Below are positions 6,993 to 13,109 of a stretch of DNA of 34,504 bases, piece by piece (the first letter of the stretch is position 1; each line of letters starts with the position of its first letter). The notes under the pieces were generated by a model that ran no database searches, was not told the DNA's origin, and saw only the letters and a program-made list of their open reading frames with translations. The stretch covers positions 1 to 34,504 of IMG/VR virus record IMGVR_UViG_3300027297_000001. One strand, 5' to 3'. The translations under genes were made by a program, and so were the position numbers. Source of the DNA: a virus.

Positions 6993-8279
6993 ATGGCGAC
7001 AACAACGCGAAAAGTGGTGACGACGGAATACGTCCCGCCGGACGAAGCCCGGCCATCGGCCCGATACAGCGGGGATTTTTGGGAAATTATCAACGGGATC
7101 AGCACCGACGAGTGGGCGGATCACCTGGTCCGCGTCTACTACGCCAACGATCGATGGGAAAGCGCCGGAAGCCCGCCAGGAAATAAACTCACGAGCAAAT
7201 TCGACGAGGAATATATCCGGGACACATGGGGCGGCGGGCGCTACCTTCTGATTCTCTACGGTCCGCCAGGCGGCAGCAAACGGGTAGGCCAAACTTTCCA
7301 CGTTGAAATCGTGGGCACTCCACCAAAGCAATTCATCAGTGGGGGAGGGAAGCCCGCCTCGGAAGCGGACAGCGCCGGATCACAAACCGTGGCGCTCGAG
7401 GCCATGCGCATGTACGCGAATCCCGAATTCGTGCGTATGCAGATGCAAATGATGGTGACGGCGGCAACCGAGGCGATGGCACTGATCAAGAGCCAAATGC
7501 CGGCGGCGCAAAATCCGCTCGAAACCCTGCGAGCCGCAAAGGAAATTCTCGGCAGCGGAAATCACGAAGGCGGTTTGCTGGATACGCTTCGCGTCCTGAA
7601 AGAATTGGGTCTGGTCGGTTCGCCGGAGAAAAAAGGGATCGACGAAATTTTAGGACTGATCACCACGCTAAAAACTTCCGGGCTGATCAACAGCGGGGCG
7701 CAGAAGGCTGACATCGCCGCCACGTTTGCGAACAATATCCCGTTACTTGCCGATCGTTTTGTCGCGGGGCTCGAGCAACTGCGGTTGAAATCCGAATCGG
7801 ACGAGAGAACGATCCGCCTGCAGCGCGGAGAAATTCGCCAAAACGATCTCAATGTGATTACGATGGACCAGCAAAGGCAGCCGCCCTCCACACCGGCGGC
7901 GGGCGCGCCAACGCCCGCCGCTCCCGCCCCAGCTGCCACGGTCACGCCGGAAGTCGCGCAGGCTATCATCGCGCAGGCCCACTTGCACCGGCTCGTCGCT
8001 GGGATCAAGCAACCGAATTCGACGGGGCAGGATATGTACGATTATTTGGTGAACGCCTGGCCGGAAATCCTGGACGAGCTCGCCAAGATGAGCAAGGAAA
8101 CGCTGCTCGGGTTTTTCAAATCTCGCGAGATGCAGCGCACTTATTTTCAGTGCGAAATCCTGGCCGAAGTGGGAGACGATCCGCGCCTGCCGAAAATGAT
8201 CGAGGATTTTTTGAGGATCGCCAAACAGAACGAAATCCCGCCAGCCGCGGCGGGGAGTGCGCCGCAAACCGCAATATGA
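6993..8279 (+). CDS. Hypothetical protein (428 aa), first gene of the plus arm
   Basis: ATG 6993, long ORF with a helical, Ala/Leu/Gln-rich middle and a Pro/Ala linker (PPSTPAAGAPTPAAPAPAAT). No family recognised. Confidence 0.7.
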   Translation: MATTTRKVVTTEYVPPDEARPSARYSGDFWEIINGISTDEWADHLVRVYYANDRWESAGSPPGNKLTSKFDEEYIRDTWGGGRYLLILYGPPGGSKRVGQTFHVEIVGTPPKQFISGGGKPASEADSAGSQTVALEAMRMYANPEFVRMQMQMMVTAATEAMALIKSQMPAAQNPLETLRAAKEILGSGNHEGGLLDTLRVLKELGLVGSPEKKGIDEILGLITTLKTSGLINSGAQKADIAATFANNIPLLADRFVAGLEQLRLKSESDERTIRLQRGEIRQNDLNVITMDQQRQPPSTPAAGAPTPAAPAPAATVTPEVAQAIIAQAHLHRLVAGIKQPNSTGQDMYDYLVNAWPEILDELAKMSKETLLGFFKSREMQRTYFQCEILAEVGDDPRLPKMIEDFLRIAKQNEIPPAAAGSAPQTAI

Positions 8280-8334
8280 TAGAGTTCCTTCCGAGTAAGG
8301 AACTGGGTTAGGCACACAGTACGCCTCCATCGAC

Positions 8335-8382
8335 ATGCCGGCGCCTTCGGTGGTTCGACCATCGCGCCGGCATTTCTCTTTT
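8335..8382 (+). terminator. Intrinsic-terminator-like hairpin after the 428-aa gene
   Basis: A 10-bp perfect stem atgccggcgc (8335-8344) / gcgccggcat (8364-8373) is followed by the T-rich run tttctctttt. Confidence 0.55.
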
Positions 8383-8417
8383 CCACACATCCACAGGTTT
8401 TCCACATCCCTCATCGC

Positions 8418-8447
8418 TTGACTTGCGTCTACGAAAAGCCTTAGTGT
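8418..8447 (+). promoter_or_regulatory. Sigma70-like promoter candidate upstream of the helicase gene
   Basis: TTGACT (8418-8423), 18-nt spacer, TAGTGT (8442-8447). Confidence 0.35.
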
Positions 8448-8534
8448 TCATCCCGCCGAAGCACTTTGTGGAGCGACGGAAGCTTTCTCCCTGCCAGGCG
8501 AAGTTTCCGTCACTCCCGGCTTTCGTGAAAAACA

Positions 8535-8575
8535 GGGGAGCGAAAGTCCCCGGCAAGGGGAGCTTTCGCGGTAAG
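8535..8575 (+). promoter_or_regulatory. Nested-hairpin RNA motif B, copy 1
   Basis: ggggaGCGAAAG-TCCCC-GGCAA-GGGGA-g-CTTTCGC-GGTAA. It lies in the 5' leader of the helicase gene, 26 nt before ATG 8601. Confidence 0.6.
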
Positions 8576-8600
8576 ACTCGATCGCCTGGCAGCCTGGCAA

Positions 8601-10058
8601 ATGACAAAACCTAATTCAGAAATTGCGCAGACGCTTCCCCATAACATCGAAGCGGAGCGCGCCATCCTCGGCGGCATTATGATCCACAATCCGGCTCTCG
8701 AAAGCGTGGCCGACAAACTTACGCCGGATGCTTTCTTCCACGTCAATCACAAAAAAATCTACGACGCCATCCTCGCCTTGCACGAAGACGAATTGCCGAT
8801 GGACGAAATTCATGTGATCGAATGGCTGTCCCAGGCCCGCACGCTCGAGATCGCGGGCGGCGCGGGATATATTTCCGCGCTGCTCGATGGCCGCCCCATC
8901 ATCAACAATCTTTCCAACTATGCGGACATCGTGGCCGGCAAAGCGCGCCTGCGAAAGCTGATCCGGGAAACGGAATTCGTCCAGAAGCGCGCCCTCGAGG
9001 GATGGGCCAATGTGGACGATCTGGAAACTCAGTTTCGCAGCGCGATTGAACTGACGGAACCAGGCGGAAACGGGAACGGCAACGGCCACAAGATCAGCTA
9101 CTCCACCACGGAGTTCCTGCAAAAAGACTGGCCCGAGCCGGAATATCTCGTCCAGGGTTTGCTTGCGCGTAATTCGCCTTCGATGATCGTGGCCATGCCG
9201 CACAGCCTGAAAAGTTTTTTCACCATCGGCCTTGCCTATTCGTGCTCCGTGGCCACGGAGAAAGCCCTCGGGCGATTGATGGTGCCAAAGGCGTTTCGGA
9301 CGATGCTCGTCCAGGTGGAAGAGTCCGGTGCGGAAATGAAAAAGCGGATCCGCGATTTCCTGGCCACGAAACAATTCCTGGATGTGGATCCCGACAATGT
9401 GCGGATCGTCCCACGCGAGGAATTTCCGCGCGAGGGCTTCACGGCAAAGTGGGCAAAGAAAGTGGTGACGGAAGCGCTGGAATTTAAGGCCGATCTGATC
9501 GTGTTCGATGTCTTGCGGCGCCTCTTCGTCGGCCACGGCGATATGAACGGCCCGCAGGACTCCGCTACCTTCCTCGAAATGATCGATGCCGTGCGCGACG
9601 TCACCGGAGCGAATACGCTGCTCGTCCATCACAAAAACAAGAAAGACGCCGAGATGATGTACTCCGCGGCCGGCAGCATCAATTTCTCGGGATGGGCCAA
9701 AACCTTCATCGAATTTAAAAATAAGAAAATCCTGCCGAACAACGTTTCCACGGTGGAAATCGAAACCGATACAGCCTACGGAGTTTCCGCCGACCCGATG
9801 CGCATGGTTCTCGATTTAACTTCCATCATGCCGTTGCGCCTTGAGGCGATCGAGGACGGCGACGATCTGGCCGAGGCCCTGCAACAGATGGACACGGAGT
9901 GGAACATCCGCACGCTGATGGAAGTGTTGGGCATTCCCCGCTCGAGCGCGCAGCGCCGCATCCGGGGATGGGAAAAAACCGGCGCGATCCATAAAGTATC
10001 CGGCGGCAAAAAAGGCCGCGGCGGTTTGGCGGTCTACACAAAAGGACTTGGCGAATGA
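8601..10058 (+). CDS. Replicative helicase-like protein: DnaB N-terminal domain + RecA/RepA-like P-loop domain + C-terminal HTH (485 aa)
   Basis: The N-terminus LPHNIEAERAILGGIMIHNPALESV...HKKIYDAILAL is the characteristic DnaB N-domain signature. The central part has Walker-B-like DLIVFDVLRRLF and a Walker-A position reading AMPHSLKS. The C-terminus is IRTLMEVLGIPRSSAQRRIRGWEKTGAIHKV. Confidence 0.8.
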   Translation: MTKPNSEIAQTLPHNIEAERAILGGIMIHNPALESVADKLTPDAFFHVNHKKIYDAILALHEDELPMDEIHVIEWLSQARTLEIAGGAGYISALLDGRPIINNLSNYADIVAGKARLRKLIRETEFVQKRALEGWANVDDLETQFRSAIELTEPGGNGNGNGHKISYSTTEFLQKDWPEPEYLVQGLLARNSPSMIVAMPHSLKSFFTIGLAYSCSVATEKALGRLMVPKAFRTMLVQVEESGAEMKKRIRDFLATKQFLDVDPDNVRIVPREEFPREGFTAKWAKKVVTEALEFKADLIVFDVLRRLFVGHGDMNGPQDSATFLEMIDAVRDVTGANTLLVHHKNKKDAEMMYSAAGSINFSGWAKTFIEFKNKKILPNNVSTVEIETDTAYGVSADPMRMVLDLTSIMPLRLEAIEDGDDLAEALQQMDTEWNIRTLMEVLGIPRSSAQRRIRGWEKTGAIHKVSGGKKGRGGLAVYTKGLGE

Positions 10059-10060
10059 CT

Positions 10061-10279
10061 CTAACTTTTACTCGCGGCCAACTCTCTCTTCAACATTTCT
10101 GCACGAAGTAGCTTTTTCGCGACATCGCGCAGTTCGTTCCCAAAAACTTTCTTCAATTGATCGCCATCGCTTGATGAAAAACTAATCCTTAAAACATAGT
10201 GGGTCTGACGGTAAACTTTGTCCGTTCCAGGATGGTTTGCTCGCCATCTTTGTTGGTAGATCGTCGCTGGTTTCACCAT
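10061..10279 (-). CDS. Small AT-rich-gene protein (72 aa), possible ribbon-helix-helix-type regulator
   Basis: ATG 10277-10279 behind SD GAGGAG with 7-nt spacing. This is the only minus-strand gene inside the plus arm and faces away from the iteron field. The segment VLRISFSSSDGDQLKKVFGNELRDVAKKLLRAEMLKRE is compatible with strand-helix-helix, but the functional call is weak. Confidence 0.5.
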   Translation of the reverse strand: MVKPATIYQQRWRANHPGTDKVYRQTHYVLRISFSSSDGDQLKKVFGNELRDVAKKLLRAEMLKRELAASKS

Positions 10280-10319
10280 CAATTTTCTCCTCTGTCGAAT
10301 ATATCACACGCTTAAAATT

Positions 10320-10639
10320 AAATGCCCACGGTGGGCATTTGGTATGTAACTTTTCTACCCATCGATTTTCTGTCTATTTCATCATTGCCCTGGAGAAAGG
10401 GGGCGAAAGCGGGCATTTGAGGCTTAAACCGAATACTCTCTATAGTTTCCAAATGCCCATTTAAATGCCCACTCCCTAGGGGGATATCGAACGATTCCTA
10501 ACCTAAAGCAAATGAACACAATAGCTTCCAAATGCCCACTCACCCCCTAAAAAGTGGGCATTTAATGGGCATTTAAATGGGCATTTAGGATGTCCTGTGT
10601 TTTGTACATACTAAGCCTGTTTTCGGGCCTAAATGCCCA
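10320..10639. repeat. Iteron field: 10 copies of AAATGCCCA/TGGGCATTT in both orientations (putative origin and/or operator array)
   Basis: Forward copies start at 10320, 10451, 10463, 10530 and 10631. Reverse copies are at 10332-10340, 10411-10418 (1 mismatch), 10555-10563, 10566-10574 and 10578-10586. Spacing inside the tandem sets is 12 nt. Palindromic pairs are at 10320-10340 and 10530-10563. The region is visibly AT-rich and non-coding. Confidence 0.8.
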
Positions 10640-10667
10640 TTTTCTCTCCCTCTCCCGGACCCCCTGA

Positions 10668-10700
10668 GTGACAAAATTTGTCACTGACAAAATTTGTCAC
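10668..10700. promoter_or_regulatory. Two tandem TGACA-N5-TGTCA palindromes (operator-like)
   Basis: gTGACAaaattTGTCAc at 10668-10684 is followed immediately by TGACAaaattTGTCAc at 10685-10700. Confidence 0.6.
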
Positions 10701-10780
10701 TTTTCGAATAGGCTCTGTGGAGAGCGCAGTTTACTTCCATTTTCTTTCTTTCTTTTTATCTCTCCACTCATACAATACTC

Positions 10781-10809
10781 TTGACAAAACTCATACATGT
10801 ATGATATTC
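10781..10809 (+). promoter_or_regulatory. Sigma70-like promoter candidate for the mini-gene operon, overlapped by a 12-nt palindrome
   Basis: TTGACA (10781-10786), 16-17 nt spacer, GATATT/ATATTC. The perfect palindrome CATACATGTATG (10792-10803) sits in the spacer. Confidence 0.45.
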
Positions 10810-10828
10810 TCTCTCCAGTGAATGAGTA

Positions 10829-11035
10829 ATGGCGACCGTAAACCAAATCGAAATTCAGCAATCAATCGAAGGCCGGAAGATCGCCACGCACTGCGGATGG
10901 TGCGCGAAAAAATTACCCCGATGGAATGGCAAGCGAGGCCAGCCGCGGAAGTTTTGCAAAGGCATGAATTGCCAGGTGTACGCCTGGCGCCGGGATCATC
11001 CCCGGAAGAAAATCGACACGGGAGACTTGATATGA
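10829..11035 (+). CDS. Zinc-ribbon mini-protein (68 aa)
   Basis: MATVNQ...HCGWCAKKLPRWNGKRGQPRKFCKGMNCQVYAWRRDH has CxxC...CxxxxC followed by a basic tail. It is preferred over the overlapping 161-aa frame, whose first half is Arg/Pro-rich. Confidence 0.6.
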   Translation: MATVNQIEIQQSIEGRKIATHCGWCAKKLPRWNGKRGQPRKFCKGMNCQVYAWRRDHPRKKIDTGDLI

Positions 11036-11307
11036 AAACCCTGCGAAACGCGATTCGTGATTCGTGGCCAGCCATCCGTGAAAAATCTTGGCGGCTATTT
11101 CTGCGCGCGTTGCGTGCGGTGACGCTGACCGTCGACGATTGGATTCAGCGGCAGGAAGTGGCCCTCCGCGAAAAATCGACTGTGGCGCAGTTTCAAGCCG
11201 AAGTCGATCCGGTCCAGAGCCGCAAGCGCGAAAAGGTTTCCCGGGCCACAAAGCCGCGCCGTCCGCGCCTGGTCTATCAGCACGGCGAATTTGTGGAAGT
11301 TCGCTAG
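11032..11307 (+). CDS. Hypothetical protein (91 aa)
   Basis: ATG 11032 forms an ATGA overlap with the stop of the zinc-ribbon gene. Sequence starts MKTLRNAIRDSWPAIREKSWRLFLRALRAV. Confidence 0.55.
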   Translation: MKTLRNAIRDSWPAIREKSWRLFLRALRAVTLTVDDWIQRQEVALREKSTVAQFQAEVDPVQSRKREKVSRATKPRRPRLVYQHGEFVEVR

Positions 11308-11321
11308 AGTAAATCTAAAAA

Positions 11322-11355
11322 GGGGAGCGCACATAGAGTGCGCGGTGAATAAAAA
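11322..11355 (+). promoter_or_regulatory. Hairpin motif A, copy 1 (SD-like tract + GCGCAC-AUAGA-GUGCGC + A-rich spacer + AUG)
   Basis: GGGGA-GCGCAC(11327-11332)-ATAGA-GTGCGC(11338-11343)-GGTGAATAAAAA-ATG(11356). Confidence 0.6.
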
Positions 11356-11637
11356 ATGAAAGCGACGATGGAGAGCACGAACAAGCTGGTGATCATCAAC
11401 GGGATAAACTTTCGCGTCTGGCAAGGCGTGTCCGAACAGGGAACGAAATTCGTGGCGCTCGTGAACCGTCTGGCCGCGGGGACTCCCGACGATCAGACGA
11501 AAATCGTTGCGGAGCTCGCGAAGCAACAGGATCACGCCCCGATCGATCCCGCGCTGGCACCTGCGCTCAAAACGCTCGATCCGTCGATCGATCCGGGAAT
11601 CGTAGAGCCGCCGGCAAAAGAAACGCCTGCCGCGTAG
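11356..11637 (+). CDS. Hypothetical protein (93 aa)
   Basis: ATG 11356 after hairpin A. Normal composition with a Pro/Asp-rich C-terminus. Confidence 0.6.
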   Translation: MKATMESTNKLVIINGINFRVWQGVSEQGTKFVALVNRLAAGTPDDQTKIVAELAKQQDHAPIDPALAPALKTLDPSIDPGIVEPPAKETPAA

Positions 11638-11680
11638 GGAGAGAGCGAAAGTCCCCGATGAGGGGAGTGTCCGCGGTGAA
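11637..11680 (+). promoter_or_regulatory. Nested-hairpin RNA motif B, copy 2 (outer stem degenerate)
   Basis: gggagagaGCGAAAG-TCCCC-GATGA-GGGGA-gtgtCCGC-GGTGA. It ends 2 nt before ATG 11682. Confidence 0.5.
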
Positions 11681-11681
11681 C

Positions 11682-11894
11682 ATGACGGATGAAGGCCGGC
11701 AAATTCTATATCGCATGAAAGTGCGCTGCTCTGAACAATGGGGGATCGCGCTGGCGGATATGGAACTGGAAAACATTTCGGCCAGTACACCCCTCGGGGC
11801 GATTGCCTGGCACGACGCGATTTTGATTTGCCATCTACTTCGGAGAGGGTTTCAGGCCCCGGAGAAATATCGAAAGCGAGGGTTTCCTAAATGA
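11682..11894 (+). CDS. Hypothetical protein (70 aa)
   Basis: MTDEGRQILYRMKVRCSEQWGIALADMELENI... The start at 11682 is chosen because the ATG at 11658 lies in the loop of motif B. Confidence 0.5.
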   Translation: MTDEGRQILYRMKVRCSEQWGIALADMELENISASTPLGAIAWHDAILICHLLRRGFQAPEKYRKRGFPK

Positions 11895-12322
11895 TGAACA
11901 TTCGAAAACTGCAATGGACGCTTCCTCCGTTCCTTTATTTCTTCTGCCTGATCGTCATGATCACGGCGGGATTGAAAGTTTATCGGCTGGATCGGCAAAT
12001 CGACGCGATCCGGGCGACTTACGATAAGCAGCTGGGCGATCTGCAAACCACGATCAACGAACAAACGAAAGAAATTTCGAACTGCCGCAAAACGGTGATC
12101 GGGGACGGAACTGCGACGATCTTGATGGACGTGAACCATCCCTACGGCAAATTCGTTTCCCCGGCCGCCCAGCTGCCGGCGGGATACATTCCCGGGCCGG
12201 TGTGGATCGTGCCCCGCCGGATCGTGCCGCGCACGATGGACGGCACGCTGAACGGCGCGTACGCGTACCTGCATTCAGACGGAACGATGGAGCCGTGGCG
12301 CACGGCGGGAGAATCGAAGTGA
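11891..12322 (+). CDS. N-terminally anchored membrane protein (143 aa)
   Basis: ATGA overlap at 11891-11894. TM segment LPPFLYFFCLIVMITAGL is followed by a coiled segment. Confidence 0.65.
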   Translation: MMNIRKLQWTLPPFLYFFCLIVMITAGLKVYRLDRQIDAIRATYDKQLGDLQTTINEQTKEISNCRKTVIGDGTATILMDVNHPYGKFVSPAAQLPAGYIPGPVWIVPRRIVPRTMDGTLNGAYAYLHSDGTMEPWRTAGESK

Positions 12323-12726
12323 ACGAAAAGCCTGGACATTTCCTGATTGACACTTCGGAGCCGGCCTGGATTCGCGATGCCAGCGCCGCCGTCGTGGATA
12401 TTGACTCGTCGCAGCCGGAGAAAATCCCGCAGATGATCGCGGAAATCTGCGCCGGCGAGTTTTCCTATTGCGAGCATTGCGGCTTTTCCGCGCCCTTCTG
12501 GCCCACGAAGCAATGGGCCGATCACATCTTGACCGAGCACGCCGTGAATCTGACGATCCAGGCGCGCACCGGAACGAGCCAACTGTGCGACGAAGGGATC
12601 AACCAGGCGCAGCAACTATTTTTTAGCATGATGTTTGGCGCGCGCGTTTCCATGCGCCGCCGCGCCTGGAAGCTGGGTTATACGGTAATCAAATCCGTGC
12701 CCGGCTGGAATCCGCGTTCAAACTAA
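12319..12726 (+). CDS. Hypothetical protein (135 aa), Cys/His-containing
   Basis: The GTG start forms a GTGA overlap (12319-12322). Contains FSYCEHCGFSAPFWPTKQWADHILTEH. Confidence 0.55.
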   Translation: MNEKPGHFLIDTSEPAWIRDASAAVVDIDSSQPEKIPQMIAEICAGEFSYCEHCGFSAPFWPTKQWADHILTEHAVNLTIQARTGTSQLCDEGINQAQQLFFSMMFGARVSMRRRAWKLGYTVIKSVPGWNPRSN

Positions 12727-12736
12727 GTGTGTTCTT

Positions 12737-12850
12737 ATGAACTTGCGCCGGATGATTTTCGCGTCGCTGTGGCTCGTCCCCGTTGCGGCGCTGCTCGTGT
12801 ACAGATTTACGATCCGCCCGATCCTGAACTGGATTCAAGGGATGCTCTGA
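12737..12850 (+). CDS. Possible 37-aa single-TM mini-protein
   Basis: MNLRRMIFASLWLVPVAALLVYRFTIRPILNWIQGML is a clean TM helix. Its stop overlaps the next ATG (TGATG). It competes with the GTG-started 78-aa ORF 12727..12963. Confidence 0.35.
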   Translation: MNLRRMIFASLWLVPVAALLVYRFTIRPILNWIQGML

Positions 12851-12963
12851 TGAACTTTTCCGATGCGTTGCGCGAAATGGTTTCCTACGGTGCGGTCCAT
12901 CCCCTGCGTTTCGCGGCGCTGATGTTTTGGTGCGAATATCTCTTTCGCGGGTGCACGTCATGA
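12850..12963 (+). CDS. Possible 37-aa mini-protein
   Basis: MNFSDALREMVSYGAVHPLRFAALMFWCEYLFRGCTS is the ATG-started part of track ORF 12727..12963. Confidence 0.35.
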   Translation: MNFSDALREMVSYGAVHPLRFAALMFWCEYLFRGCTS

Positions 12964-13109
12964 ACAAAGACCAAGAGGAATTCAACAAGACGCGGGAAAA
13001 GCTGTTCAAGCTGGCGGACAAGATGGGCCTGCGGTTGACGTTGACGGTGAAAAACAAATTCCAGGCCGCGCCGCAGCCGCATGCGAAACGGGAGCCGGGA
13101 GAAAACTGA
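12960..13109 (+). CDS. Possible 49-aa basic mini-protein
   Basis: ATGA overlap at 12960-12963. Sequence is MNKDQEEFNKTREKLFKLADKMGLRLTLTVKNKFQAAPQPHAKREPGEN. Confidence 0.45.
   Translation: MNKDQEEFNKTREKLFKLADKMGLRLTLTVKNKFQAAPQPHAKREPGEN

Noticed and set aside
7251-7280. ILYGPPGGSK in the 428-aa protein looks like an AAA+ Walker A (ILLYGPPGTGKT)
   Set aside because: The GK[ST] of the P-loop is missing (the sequence is GGSKR) and I could not see a Walker B or arginine finger. I treat it as a chance resemblance.
8535-8575. Motif-B hairpins as ordinary rho-independent terminators
   Set aside because: None of the five copies is followed by a U-tract. Three abut the next start codon, and the loops and tails are conserved, which a simple terminator would not need. 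A terminator role is not fully excluded.
8616-9632. 338-aa minus-strand ORF
   Set aside because: It is antisense to the DnaB-like helicase gene, which has unmistakable family motifs. It is a shadow ORF.
10320-10639. Possible CRISPR array, because of many short repeats
   Set aside because: The repeats are only 9-12 nt, occur in both orientations and have 3-nt or irregular spacers. This is iteron/operator architecture, not CRISPR.
10822-11307. 161-aa ORF spanning the first two early genes
   Set aside because: Its first 70 codons are Arg/Pro-rich and overlap a clean zinc-ribbon ORF in another frame. The second half starts at an ATGA-coupled ATG (11032).
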